From Spirochaetia bacterium (lineage in GTDB: Bacteria > Spirochaetota > Spirochaetia > UBA9216): 64,000 nt of DNA. The position numbers and the translations under genes were made by a program. Each line of letters opens with the position of its first letter. Positions within the stretch are counted from its first letter, which is position 1. Below the pieces are notes generated by a model. It was given only the letters and a program-made list of their open reading frames with translations. It made no database searches and was not told the DNA's origin. The DNA lies in the NCBI GenBank assembly GCA_963675665.1, contig OY776510.1:4064001-4128000 (forward strand), given 5' to 3'. Positions 46,884 to 57,018 of this stretch are shown here, one piece after another.

Positions 46884-47342
46884 CTAATGCACCTTTACGC
46901 TAATCTGCTTCGTTTTTGCTTCATCCCTTTTGGGCAATACAAGCTGAAGGATTCCTTCCTTAAGCTCAGCAGTAATTTTTTCAGCATCAATCGTAGCGGG
47001 AAGAGGCAGTGTACGTTGAAAGGAACCCGACCATGATTCCCTGCGGTAATACTTGCCGCCGTCCAGGGTCCGATCTTCCTTCTTGTTTCCCTTAACCGTC
47101 AGCACATTCGATGCAATACTTACATCGATGTCGCCCTGCTCCAGGCCGGGAAGTTCACACAGGATTCTGAACTCGTGATCACCTTCAATGATATCTACCG
47201 ACGGAGAAACACTGCGATCGAACAGACCGGTAGATGCCGGATAACGATCATTGTTAAAAAGATCATTGATCTCATTTTGAAGACTCTTGAATTCAGCCCA
47301 TGGATCATAGCTTTCATCTTTTTTCCACCTGGTAATTGCCAT
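46884..47342 (-). CDS. Small heat-shock protein (Hsp20)
   Basis: PSVDI, ELPGL, GSFQRTLPLP, AELKEGIL, KQISV. Confidence 0.93.
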   Translation of the reverse strand: MAITRWKKDESYDPWAEFKSLQNEINDLFNNDRYPASTGLFDRSVSPSVDIIEGDHEFRILCELPGLEQGDIDVSIASNVLTVKGNKKEDRTLDGGKYYRRESWSGSFQRTLPLPATIDAEKITAELKEGILQLVLPKRDEAKTKQISVKVH

Positions 47343-47380
47343 ATCAGCACCTCCTGAATTTAATTTTCAAATAATATTGA

Positions 47381-47396
47381 TGCATAAATTATGCCA
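47381..47396 (-). promoter_or_regulatory. Sigma-54 (-24/-12) promoter of the hsp20 operon
   Basis: TGGCATAATTTATGCA with exact GG-N10-GC spacing, 38 nt upstream of the ATG. Confidence 0.72.
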
Positions 47397-47586
47397 ATCT
47401 CTTCAACGGTAGTATCTGGTTAAATATATGTACAGAAAGGAATTATGATCGAACATTATCAGGAGATCGAATATAAATCCGGCCGGATTATTCATTTTTA
47501 TTGAGTCATTTCGACACAAAACTGACATCTAATCAGAGACAAAGGGTAAATTTAACCCGAAATTTGCTTTACACGGAAAAAATGAT

Positions 47587-47617
47587 ACAGCCCGCCCGGT
47601 TCGAACCGGGCGTCTGT
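47587..47617 (-). terminator. Hairpin after the sugar ABC operon
   Basis: Perfect palindrome CGCCCGGTTCGAACCGGGCG; U-rich tail on the minus strand. Confidence 0.65.
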
Positions 47618-47624
47618 TCTTTTG

Positions 47625-48590
47625 TTATGCAGCCTGACTTTCCTCTTTGAACGTTTTGGTAGAATAGAAGAAAACAGCCGTTATCAGGATCAGGCCTTTC
47701 AGAAGCATCTGGATATAAGGACTGACATCCAGAATATTCATCATATTGCTGAAGATGGCCAGAATCAGGACTCCTCCCACGGCGCCTGCGATATTTCCCT
47801 CGCCGCCCGATAGTGAAACCCCGCCGATGACGACCGCGGTTATCGTATCAAGTTCATAGCCCTTGCCTACAAGCGGGCCTCCGCCGCCCATTCGTCCCGC
47901 CAGAAATACCGATGCAAGCCCGGTCAGCAGCCCTCCCAACAGGTAAGCGGACAGTTTTACCCTGTCGACCGCAATGCCTGTGATTGCCGACACCCACTCA
48001 TTTGCCCCTACAGCATAAAGGTGGCGGCCGAACCTCGACCGGTTCATCAGAATAAGCGCAAGCACGAATATGACCGCAAAATAGAGAAAACAAACCGGGA
48101 TGCCGCCCAGGGAGCCTTCGGCTATAAAACGAAAACTTTTCGGTATTCCTCCGATTGTTTTTTTTGTATAAATGAATATTCCGCCCTGTATTACGGACAT
48201 TGTTGCAAGAGTAGCCATAAACGGAGCTATCTTCAGTTTGACGACTAGCAGACCGTTAACAAGGCCGATAAGCAGTCCCAGTGCCGCAATTATCAGCATT
48301 ACCGGAAGAACCCCGATTTGCGGAAAATCGCGAAACAAGCCTCCTGCTATGGACGTAAGAAATGATACGGCGGCGCCGACGGACATATCAATTCCGCCTG
48401 AAATTATTACCACCGCCTGTCCAAGCGAAGCAAGACCGATTCCGACCGGCTGTATAAGAAATACATTCTTTAAATTACGGGCCCTGATAAACATAGGGTT
48501 GGCTAATATGCTTAAAACGATTATTGCGGCTAACAGGATCCAGACAAATATGCCCGGATCAGTTATTTTAAACTTCTTCTTCATCTTCAC
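47625..48590 (-). CDS. Monosaccharide ABC permease (RbsC-like)
   Basis: GGIDMSVG, APFMATLA, GRHLYAVG.N, YELDTITAVVIGG. Confidence 0.92.
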   Translation of the reverse strand: MKMKKKFKITDPGIFVWILLAAIIVLSILANPMFIRARNLKNVFLIQPVGIGLASLGQAVVIISGGIDMSVGAAVSFLTSIAGGLFRDFPQIGVLPVMLIIAALGLLIGLVNGLLVVKLKIAPFMATLATMSVIQGGIFIYTKKTIGGIPKSFRFIAEGSLGGIPVCFLYFAVIFVLALILMNRSRFGRHLYAVGANEWVSAITGIAVDRVKLSAYLLGGLLTGLASVFLAGRMGGGGPLVGKGYELDTITAVVIGGVSLSGGEGNIAGAVGGVLILAIFSNMMNILDVSPYIQMLLKGLILITAVFFYSTKTFKEESQAA

Positions 48591-50106
48591 ATCCTCCTGC
48601 CGGCAGCTGATATTCGTGGCCTACCGCAAGCGACAGGATTTCCTCTTCGGTAAATATTTTCTCATGCTGGTCAAGTATTCCGGCGGCGTTACCCTGGTTC
48701 ATTACCAGGATCCTGTCGGACATTCCAATGACCTCCGGAAGCTCCGACGATACCATAATAATCGATTTGCCCCTGGCTGTAAGATCCCGCATAATCTTGT
48801 ATATTTCATGTTTCGCCCCGACGTCGATTCCCCGGGTAGGCTCATTTATGACATATATTTCCGGTTCTTTAAGAAGCGCCCTGGAAAGAAGCACTTTCTG
48901 CTGGTTTCCGCCTGAAAGATCTTCAATCTTCTGATTAATGTTGGCAATCTTTGTTCCAAGCAGTTCAACCTGAGTACCTGTAACTTTCTTTTCCTCTCTG
49001 TAATTTATCAACCCGCGTTCGGTATATTTATCCAGGTTTGTTATCGTGGTATTAACGGTGATTGATTCGGGCGCAATAATACCCTTGTTTTTCCTGTCGC
49101 TGTGAATATAACAGAACCCCGCGTTTATCGCCTGGCGGATATTTCTGAAATCAGCAGATGCACCCATAAAGCTGACGCTGCCGGCGGTTTTTGCTCTTAT
49201 TCCCAGAAGGGTCTCTACAAGGGCCGACCGTCCTGAACCGGCAATCCCGGCAATTCCGAGAACTTCACCCCGAAAGAGCGTAAGGCTGACATCATGAAGA
49301 CTTCCGCTTGTTATTCCGGACGCTTCCAGTATTGTCTCGCCGAGACTCTCCGAAAGCGCAGGGTATATATCACCTATTTCACGGCCTACCATCAGCCTGA
49401 CAAGTTTGTCCTTGTCAAGATCACAGACATCTTGGGTGGCCATCACCTTTCCGTCTTTAAGTACAGTCACCCTGTCGGCTATGGAAAAAACCTCTTCCAG
49501 CATATGCGAAATATAGATTACGGTTTTTCCGTCCTCACGAAGTTTTCTTATAATACTGAAAAGCTTGGACAGTTCCTTGTCGGAAAGAGCTGCGGAAGGT
49601 TCGTCCATGATTATTATATCAGCGTCAATAGAAAGCGCCTTTACTATTTCAACCGTCTGCTGTTCAATTACGCTCAGCTCTTTTATTTTCGCTGAAATAT
49701 CAATATCTATGCCTATAGAAGCAAGCAGATCGCGCGTCATCGCGGAAGCTTTCTTTTTATCAAAGAGACCGAGCCTTGTTTTGGGCTCCCTGTTCAGAAA
49801 AACATTTTCCACAACATCAAGAGTATTAATCAGGCTGAATTCCTGAAAAATTATCGAGATACCTGCCGTCTGGGCATGGTGAGGATTATTCAGTACAAGC
49901 TTTTGACCCTTATAATAAATTTCCCCGCCGCTTGGCTGATATACTCCCGACAGGATTTTCATCAGGGTTGATTTTCCGGCTCCGTTTTCTCCTACAAGCG
50001 CATGAACCTCGCCCGGTCTGAATGACATACTTACGTCCGATAAAGCCTTGACGCCGGGAAAATGCTTGTCGATGTTTCTGAATTCCAGTACATTTTCGTT
50101 TGCCAT
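48568..50106 (-). CDS. Monosaccharide ABC ATPase (RbsA-like, tandem NBD)
   Basis: GENGAGKST, IMDEP, LSGGNQQK, EPTRGIDVGAK, SSELPE. Confidence 0.93.
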   Translation of the reverse strand: MANENVLEFRNIDKHFPGVKALSDVSMSFRPGEVHALVGENGAGKSTLMKILSGVYQPSGGEIYYKGQKLVLNNPHHAQTAGISIIFQEFSLINTLDVVENVFLNREPKTRLGLFDKKKASAMTRDLLASIGIDIDISAKIKELSVIEQQTVEIVKALSIDADIIIMDEPSAALSDKELSKLFSIIRKLREDGKTVIYISHMLEEVFSIADRVTVLKDGKVMATQDVCDLDKDKLVRLMVGREIGDIYPALSESLGETILEASGITSGSLHDVSLTLFRGEVLGIAGIAGSGRSALVETLLGIRAKTAGSVSFMGASADFRNIRQAINAGFCYIHSDRKNKGIIAPESITVNTTITNLDKYTERGLINYREEKKVTGTQVELLGTKIANINQKIEDLSGGNQQKVLLSRALLKEPEIYVINEPTRGIDVGAKHEIYKIMRDLTARGKSIIMVSSELPEVIGMSDRILVMNQGNAAGILDQHEKIFTEEEILSLAVGHEYQLPAGGCEDEEEV

Positions 50107-51053
50107 TACTTCTTCCCCCTTCCGAAAAGACCCAGCGCAAGAATTATAACCAGGCCTTTAACCATCATCTGGCTCTGTATCGGCAGATGTGCCAGAATAG
50201 CAAGGTTTGTTATCAACAGAAGGATGATTGAACCGATTACTGTTCCCTGGACAGAACCGGAACCACCGCCGATTGCGGCCCCGCCTAGAACCGCCGCTGC
50301 AATACTGTTTATATCATATTCATTTCCAGCCCAGTTATCAGCAATACCGGTATATCCCGAAAGGAACACGCCTGTTACCGCGGAAAGAGCTCCGCACAGA
50401 ATATAGGCTGTCATCACCACCTGGTCCCTTTTTATTCCGCTTAAAACCGCAACTTCCGGATTTGCACCGGTAACACGCAGACGTCTTCCGTAAGCGGATT
50501 TGGCGAGTAATATATAGAAGAAAACTGCGACGACTGCAAAAATAATTACGAGCCACGGCAGTCCCAGAAAATTTCCTGTACCTACTTCAATCAAAGCCCC
50601 GGCAACATTACCCTTGGGAATACCGCCTGTAGCAATAAGTCTCAGTCCGTTAACAATTATCGATACGCCGAGGGTTGCGATAAACGGGGGCACCTTTCGC
50701 TTGGTTACCAGCAGGCCGTTTACCGAGCCGATTACTGCACCGACAACTATTGTAAACAAAAGCACCGGAAAAACCAGCGCATCACGGCCGTTGATAAGCG
50801 ACGCCGCAAGAATATTACCGGTTGAAATAATGGCCACAACCGACAGATCAAGCCCGCCGGACATGATGACCATTGTCTGACCGAGGGCGACCAGACCCAG
50901 CATTGAAAAGTTTCGCGCAACATTAAGCATATTACTGATGGTAAAAAAACTGACGCCTGTAATTATCTGCATTACAAGCGCAGCAATAATCAATACAGCA
51001 AGAGCTGCCCATAATCCGGGCGCTATACTCCCCTGTTTAAATTTTCGAATCAT
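50106..51053 (-). CDS. Monosaccharide ABC permease
   Basis: GGLDLSV, PPFIATLG, IAAAVLGG; start reassigned to 51053 (ATGA overlap with the OYE stop). Confidence 0.9.
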   Translation of the reverse strand: MIRKFKQGSIAPGLWAALAVLIIAALVMQIITGVSFFTISNMLNVARNFSMLGLVALGQTMVIMSGGLDLSVVAIISTGNILAASLINGRDALVFPVLLFTIVVGAVIGSVNGLLVTKRKVPPFIATLGVSIIVNGLRLIATGGIPKGNVAGALIEVGTGNFLGLPWLVIIFAVVAVFFYILLAKSAYGRRLRVTGANPEVAVLSGIKRDQVVMTAYILCGALSAVTGVFLSGYTGIADNWAGNEYDINSIAAAVLGGAAIGGGSGSVQGTVIGSIILLLITNLAILAHLPIQSQMMVKGLVIILALGLFGRGKK

Positions 51054-52192
51054 TTGTATACCACACATTTGACATGTTTATTACTTAAAAGAAGGCCTCC
51101 GCACCCCAGGCATGCGGTACAGTAATTTACATCATCTTCTTTACCGGACATAACCTTGGAAGGAAGCAGCGGATCGGCAAACCCCTGCCGTCCCATTCCG
51201 ACAAAATCCACATTTCCGTCGGCAACATTTTTTTCAGCCCAGTATGTCCAGCGTCCTATTCCTGTTCCGCCGTCCGCGAGCAGACTGTATCCTGCTCCGA
51301 CTACCGGAATGCTGACCGCTTTTTTAACGGCAGCAGCCCAGCCGAAATGACGGTAAACACCATCAGGATACTTCGGTGTCGGGTGTATCAAATCCGCATT
51401 GCCTACGGCGCTTCCGGCCGACACACTGATAATGGAAATACCGGCCTTTTCAGCAAGCCTGCACATTTTTACGGGTTCCGACAGATCTTCAATTACCTCT
51501 TCGGGCCCGCCGCTTCCGAACCCTCCCGGGATGCTTTCATATGCAGGAATTCTCAATCCCATTATAAAGTCGGATCCGGCGGCTTTCTGTACCCCGGCGG
51601 CAAATTCCGTAATAAAAGCAGTCCTGTTTTCGAAACTGCCTCCGTATTTTCCACTTCTGTTATTCAGAGGCTGAATAAAATCCGTTCCGAGAAAACCGTG
51701 GCAAATCTTGATTTCGACTCCGTCAAAACCGGCTTTTTCCGCCGCGAGGCTTGAATCAATAAAAGCCTGTATAACATCTTCAATCTGCCTGTCGGACAAA
51801 ACAGGAACACCTGCGCCGGGACGTTCATAAACGGCCGCCGGCTTTGAAAATGCGGGATCAGCAAGAGCTCCTGCGTGGTCCAGCTGAATAATAAATACCG
51901 CATCAGGATTTACATCCTTAACCGCCTTTACCAGCGGAATAAATTTCTCCCAGTTGTCGGGGGTCAGAACAAGCTGATTCAATCTTGCCCGCGCATCCGC
52001 ACCGATTGCAGTTGCCTCGCAATAAATAAGCCCGGCCCCGCCTTCAGCCATTTTTCTATACCGTTTTAAGGTATCTTCGGATGGAACCCCTCCCCCGGCA
52101 GCGCAATTACTCTCTGTCGGTAACACTGCAAATCGGTTTGGCGCTGTCTTTCCGTTGATTGTAATTTCTTTCTTTAAAAACTCTACACTCAC
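51050..52192 (-). CDS. NADH:flavin oxidoreductase / Old Yellow Enzyme-like protein with C-terminal Cys cluster
   Basis: NRF, GGAGLI, QLDHAG, AGFDGVEIKICHGFL, YGGSFENR, GR...ADP, CTACLGC...C. Confidence 0.88.
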   Translation of the reverse strand: MSVEFLKKEITINGKTAPNRFAVLPTESNCAAGGGVPSEDTLKRYRKMAEGGAGLIYCEATAIGADARARLNQLVLTPDNWEKFIPLVKAVKDVNPDAVFIIQLDHAGALADPAFSKPAAVYERPGAGVPVLSDRQIEDVIQAFIDSSLAAEKAGFDGVEIKICHGFLGTDFIQPLNNRSGKYGGSFENRTAFITEFAAGVQKAAGSDFIMGLRIPAYESIPGGFGSGGPEEVIEDLSEPVKMCRLAEKAGISIISVSAGSAVGNADLIHPTPKYPDGVYRHFGWAAAVKKAVSIPVVGAGYSLLADGGTGIGRWTYWAEKNVADGNVDFVGMGRQGFADPLLPSKVMSGKEDDVNYCTACLGCGGLLLSNKHVKCVVYK

Positions 52193-52233
52193 AGCTTATA
52201 CTCCTGTCCCGGAATTGAAAAAAATTAAAATTT

Positions 52234-52265
52234 TGGAGTTTTCCGAACAATGCCGGAAAACTCCA
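52234..52265 (-). terminator. Stem-loop after the binding-protein gene (partial terminator or mRNA stabiliser)
   Basis: TGGAGTTTTCCG-8 nt-CGGAAAACTCCA. Confidence 0.65.
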
Positions 52266-52293
52266 CCGTTTAATTCAAACCGGAAATTTAATA

Positions 52294-53301
52294 TTAAAGT
52301 TCAGGCAGGAACTCTTCCGGCATCTGGTCGTCTCCAACCCACCACCAGTCGGAAAGTTCGGGTTTTACAAATTTCTTGATTTCTTCAGGTCCCATTCCCT
52401 TGAATGATGTAGCTACAGTTTTATCAACAGCTTCACCCTTCATGGCCTTAAGCAGAACTTTTACTGCTTCAGCCGAGAGTCTGGTTGACATCGGGTAAAG
52501 ATATGCCGGAACATTCTTTTCACTGACATATTTTGCATAACCGTTAAGCTGATCTCCTGTAGAAGGAACCAGGGGTCTTCCGGCTTCTTCGAAAGCCTGA
52601 AGCGCCGGCCATGACATTAAACCTGAATCGGCCCAGATACCGTCGATTTCAGGGAATGCGTTCAGCATGGCTTCTACAATGGTTTTGGTTTTTGCTGATG
52701 ACCAGTCACAATACTGGTGATCAAGAATTTCAATTCCGGGATTTTCTGCGAATACTTCTCTTGCCCCTGCAAGCCTTTCTTCGGCAGTTGTGTTTCCGGC
52801 AATTCCGCTGAGCATTATAATCTTGCCCTTTCCGCCAAGCTCGTCGGCAAGCCATTTAGCCTGGGAACGGCCGAATTCGTAGAGGTCCTGTGTTACAAGA
52901 CTTGTAAGATTATCCGTATTTATGCTTCCGCCGAATACAACAACAGGAACACCTGCTTCATATGCACGTTCGATAGCCGGGATAATCGCATCGCCGACTG
53001 TAGGATAGACTATAAGGCCGTCAACTCCCTTTGCAAGCAGATCATCAATGTCGGAAATCTGTTTTTCAGGTCTTTCATTGGCATCGGAAATATAATATTT
53101 TACAATTTCCGGATGAGCAGAAACTTCGGCTTCAAAATTAGCCTTGAGAAACTGTCTCCAGGAATCTCCCATTCCTGCATTACTCCAGCCTACAATAAAT
53201 TCATCCTTTGCTCCTGCATCCTGCTGACCTGCAGCAAAACCGCTGACAACTGCACTTGCCAGAAGAACTACGATCAGTATAAAAGATACTCTTCTTTTCA
53301 T
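52294..53301 (-). CDS. Sugar ABC substrate-binding protein (class I PBP)
   Basis: Signal ending FAAGQQD; QISDIDDLLAKGVDGLIV, GIPVV-like, GIAG, PEIDGIW; start at ATG 53301 or TTG 53307. Confidence 0.9.
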   Translation of the reverse strand: MKRRVSFILIVVLLASAVVSGFAAGQQDAGAKDEFIVGWSNAGMGDSWRQFLKANFEAEVSAHPEIVKYYISDANERPEKQISDIDDLLAKGVDGLIVYPTVGDAIIPAIERAYEAGVPVVVFGGSINTDNLTSLVTQDLYEFGRSQAKWLADELGGKGKIIMLSGIAGNTTAEERLAGAREVFAENPGIEILDHQYCDWSSAKTKTIVEAMLNAFPEIDGIWADSGLMSWPALQAFEEAGRPLVPSTGDQLNGYAKYVSEKNVPAYLYPMSTRLSAEAVKVLLKAMKGEAVDKTVATSFKGMGPEEIKKFVKPELSDWWWVGDDQMPEEFLPEL

Positions 53302-53427
53302 TTGCAATTTTCTCCTTTCATTTATTTGTGTTTAATGTTATTTTAATATTGAGATTTCAAATCTGTATATGGACGAAATTGATCCGTGTTATGGACATTT
53401 CCAACTTTTACGGAAAATTGATGTAAT

Positions 53428-55236
53428 ATGAGACGACAAACAGTACAAAAAACTCTCTTCTTCTCTTATTTCATTCCTATCCTGATCACCATCATCATTC
53501 TTTCATTATTGTTCTTTACCTATACATCGGGAGTACTTCGCAACTCTGAAGAAAAAAATCTTGCCGATGTCACCGACAAGCTGGTGAGCCTGATTGATTC
53601 CCAGATATCAAGAATAAACAATCTGTCGCTGAACATTACCAATTCTGCTCTGCTGAAAGAACAGATAAGAAAATACAACCGTTTAATGGAAGAAGGATAC
53701 CCTCCGGAAAGCCGCGAAATCTACATAGTTGCACGTGATATCTCAAACATTCTTTCGATGATAGCGGGCCCCATCAAGGCGGTTCCTCAAATTAACTTTA
53801 TAGGTCCGGGGGAATTAATGATAGGAACCGGAACCTATAACCTTATTGCGGATCTTCCGCCTGAAACCGCCGAAGCCCTTGAAGGAATAGATACAAACTT
53901 CGGAAAACGTCATTTCAGTAAACCCCTGCGTGATCCGCACGCGGAAAAAGCGCTGCCCCTTTATAAAAACCAGAGATATGTTTCGCTGTTCAGAACAATT
54001 TTTGATGATTACAAGAATGAAGCTATCGGAATTATCGAAGTAAAACAGTTTGAAGAAACCATTTTTTATGGATTTTCAAAAACACCCCAGAATTTTATTG
54101 TATTCGACGGTGATTACAATAAACTCTATCCTTATACCAATAACTCGGCCCGGCCTTATTCCGAAATGCTGAAAGCACAACCTTCCGAGGGAATCATATC
54201 TTTCCGGAATTCGGAATCCGGGGCAAAAGAAATTCTGTCAATTGTTAAATGCCGTGAAATTAATTGGACGATAATAAACATTGCCCAGGAAGCCAGTCTG
54301 CTTCGTCCGGTTTACAAGTTCCTGCTGATCATATTAATCAGCGGAATAGTAATGTTTTTCATAAGCATATCAGTGGCAAGAAGGCTTTCAAGCCTGATAA
54401 CCCAGTCTCTGCAGCAGCTGAACGGCTGGATCAGTAACCTTCACTGGAACAACCTGTCTGCCGAAACTCCGGCTGATTTAAAAGTACTCTCGCCGCTGGC
54501 CGAATTTGAGGAAATTCATCGTGAATTCTGGAAGATGAACAAGAAGCTTGCCGAGTCCATGAAGCTTGTTGTCCAGGAGCGAAGTCTTCAGGAAAATGCA
54601 AGAATGCTTGCGCTTCAGGCGCAGATGGATCCCCATTTCATGTACAACATGCTGACGACAATCAGCATAATGGCTGAAGACGGAGAAACCGACAATATTG
54701 TGGAAACCATCAGCCGCCTGACCTCGATTATTCGCTATACGGCTTCAAGAAGCAGGCTGAGCGTTCATCTGGAAGAAGAGATTGAGATTACGCGGAATTA
54801 TCTTGAATGCATGAAGATCCGCTTCGGAGACGACCTCCTGTTCGATATTGATACAGACAGCAGTCTTTGCAAATTGACGGTGCCGAAGCTTATAATACTT
54901 CCTTTTGTCGAGAACAGCATAAAATATGCAACCTGCAGGGAGCCGCCCTGGAAAATCAGTATAAGGGTTTCCGAAAGAAACAAACGCTGGAAAATACTGA
55001 TTACTGATTCGGGAACCGGGTTCAGTGACGAAGCCTTCGATAAAATAAACGAAATGATTTCTCATTGCGATGAGAACGCTCAAAACCAGCTGAACTTTCA
55101 TTTCGGAGGGCTCGGCATTCCCAATATTTACTCGAGACTTAAAATTTATTTTAATGATGACATTGAGTTCAGAATGTATAATAGCAGCGGAGCATGTATT
55201 CTTATTGGAGGGCCGATTGAACAACCAGCCGTTTAA
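53428..55236 (+). CDS. YesM/LytS-type sensor histidine kinase
   Basis: Two TMs flanking a periplasmic domain; ALQAQMDPHFMYNML, PKLIILPFVENSIKY, DSGTG, GLG..NI..RL. Confidence 0.92.
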   Translation: MRRQTVQKTLFFSYFIPILITIIILSLLFFTYTSGVLRNSEEKNLADVTDKLVSLIDSQISRINNLSLNITNSALLKEQIRKYNRLMEEGYPPESREIYIVARDISNILSMIAGPIKAVPQINFIGPGELMIGTGTYNLIADLPPETAEALEGIDTNFGKRHFSKPLRDPHAEKALPLYKNQRYVSLFRTIFDDYKNEAIGIIEVKQFEETIFYGFSKTPQNFIVFDGDYNKLYPYTNNSARPYSEMLKAQPSEGIISFRNSESGAKEILSIVKCREINWTIINIAQEASLLRPVYKFLLIILISGIVMFFISISVARRLSSLITQSLQQLNGWISNLHWNNLSAETPADLKVLSPLAEFEEIHREFWKMNKKLAESMKLVVQERSLQENARMLALQAQMDPHFMYNMLTTISIMAEDGETDNIVETISRLTSIIRYTASRSRLSVHLEEEIEITRNYLECMKIRFGDDLLFDIDTDSSLCKLTVPKLIILPFVENSIKYATCREPPWKISIRVSERNKRWKILITDSGTGFSDEAFDKINEMISHCDENAQNQLNFHFGGLGIPNIYSRLKIYFNDDIEFRMYNSSGACILIGGPIEQPAV

Positions 55237-55972
55237 AGTGGTAATTGCTGAAGATGAACACCGGATACGGGAACACCTTGAGAAAAAAATCCCTGAAACA
55301 AACAGGCGCTTTATTATCGCCGGCGCGGCGGCAAACGGAAAAACAGCGCTTGAACTTGTAAAAAAAACACTGCCTGATTTGCTTGTCACTGATATCAAAA
55401 TGCCGGTTATGGACGGCCTTGAACTTATTGAAGAGCTTTACCTTTCCTATCCTGAACTGCCCGTAATTATCCTCAGCGGTTATGATGATTTCAATTATGC
55501 CAGAAAGGCTATTCACTTCGGAGTCAGGGATTATATTCTCAAGCCTGCTTCAAAAAAGGAACTTTCTGAGGTTCTGGGCAAACTTGAAATTTTACTTGAT
55601 CGTAACAGGAACTTTTCAGCAGGTTCGGAGATCGGATATGATTCTTCAGCAGCAGCAACCGAATTATGCGGCAAACTTGCTGAATACCTGAAATCTCATT
55701 ATACCAGGGAAATACTGATATCGGATCTTGCCGGTACATTCAACCTGAATCCGACTTACATGAGCCGCATTTTCAAACAGCAGACGGGGCGCACTCCAAC
55801 GCGTTACCTTACCGAACTGCGCATCAATAAAGCAAAGAAAATCCTGTCGGAGAACCCCGAACTCGAAATAAAGGAAATATCTTCAAGGATCGGTTTCCAG
55901 GACCAGGGATATTTCAGCCGGCTGTTTAAAAAGGAAACCGGAATAAGCCCGATAGATTATAAAAAGAAATAG
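55217..55972 (+). CDS. YesN-type response regulator (REC + AraC HTH)
   Basis: AEDE, TDIKMPVMDG, LSGYDDF, LKP, AraC HTH (GFQDQGYFSRLFKK); TTG start after GGAGG. Confidence 0.9.
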   Translation: MNNQPFKVVIAEDEHRIREHLEKKIPETNRRFIIAGAAANGKTALELVKKTLPDLLVTDIKMPVMDGLELIEELYLSYPELPVIILSGYDDFNYARKAIHFGVRDYILKPASKKELSEVLGKLEILLDRNRNFSAGSEIGYDSSAAATELCGKLAEYLKSHYTREILISDLAGTFNLNPTYMSRIFKQQTGRTPTRYLTELRINKAKKILSENPELEIKEISSRIGFQDQGYFSRLFKKETGISPIDYKKK

Positions 55973-55993
55973 GCGGCTGCAGATGCCGGCCTT

Positions 55994-56965
55994 TTAGCTT
56001 CTCCGGTTGTTTTTAATAAATTCCTCAACTTCACCCATATCGGGCATGGAATTAATTGCGCCCTTGCGGCTTGAAACAATTGCTCCGCACGCATTTGAAA
56101 AACGCAGAAGTTCTCCTGCATAATCCTTGCTGATATCATCTGCCTTTTTCCCGTCTCTCATCAGTTTGCCCACAAATCCGCCCAGAAACGCATCGCCGGC
56201 GCCGGTTGTGTCGATCGCTTCAACCTTGAAGCCGCCCGCTGATAACCCGAACTCGGGAGTAAAAAGTTTGGCACCGTTTTTTCCCATTGTATAGATGAAG
56301 ATCCTGATGCCTTTATCAAACAGAAACTTTGCGGCTTCATTCTCATCAGCCGTTCCTGTAATAAATTCAAGTTCCTCATCGCTGATTTTGATTACATCGG
56401 CATATTCCATAAACTCCAGACAGGTTGCCTTAAGGGCCTTACGATCGGGCCATAACGGAAAACGGAGATTGGGATCAAAAACAATCAGGCCGCCTTTGCT
56501 TTTTACAATTTCGATTACCCGTTTGTGTGCATACCTGACGGGAGACTCGGGAAGACTGACTGTACAGAACTGCATTATATCGCCGGACTGAAACCAGTTT
56601 TCATCAATTTCATCAGCTTCAAGTAAAAGATCGGCGCTTGGTTTCCTGTAAAATGAAAACTCGCGGTTGCCGTCGCTTTTAAGCGATACAAAAGCAAGAC
56701 AGGTATTGGCTTTATCCGTCTGGCTGATATATGAAGTGTTGATGCCTACTGCTTTCATTGTATCAAGAAGGTATTCCCCGAACGCATCGTCCCCCAGTTT
56801 CCCGATAAAATAAGCTTTATTGCCCAGCTTTGCCACGCAGGCTGCAACATTGGCCGGAGCTCCCCCCGGTTTTTTTATAAACCCGGATACGTTTTTTAAA
56901 TCCGTATCCAAATCCATCGGGATAAAATCTATCAGAGCTTCACCCATGCTGAAAAATCTGGCCAT
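55994..56965 (-). CDS. PfkB-family carbohydrate kinase (fructokinase-like)
   Basis: GEALIDF, PGGAPANVA, FDPNLR, DTTGAGDAF. Confidence 0.93.
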   Translation of the reverse strand: MARFFSMGEALIDFIPMDLDTDLKNVSGFIKKPGGAPANVAACVAKLGNKAYFIGKLGDDAFGEYLLDTMKAVGINTSYISQTDKANTCLAFVSLKSDGNREFSFYRKPSADLLLEADEIDENWFQSGDIMQFCTVSLPESPVRYAHKRVIEIVKSKGGLIVFDPNLRFPLWPDRKALKATCLEFMEYADVIKISDEELEFITGTADENEAAKFLFDKGIRIFIYTMGKNGAKLFTPEFGLSAGGFKVEAIDTTGAGDAFLGGFVGKLMRDGKKADDISKDYAGELLRFSNACGAIVSSRKGAINSMPDMGEVEEFIKNNRRS

Positions 56966-57018
56966 AAGAACACTCCTGCTTAATTCATTGTAGAGATACT
57001 CATTATAAACAAGATTAT

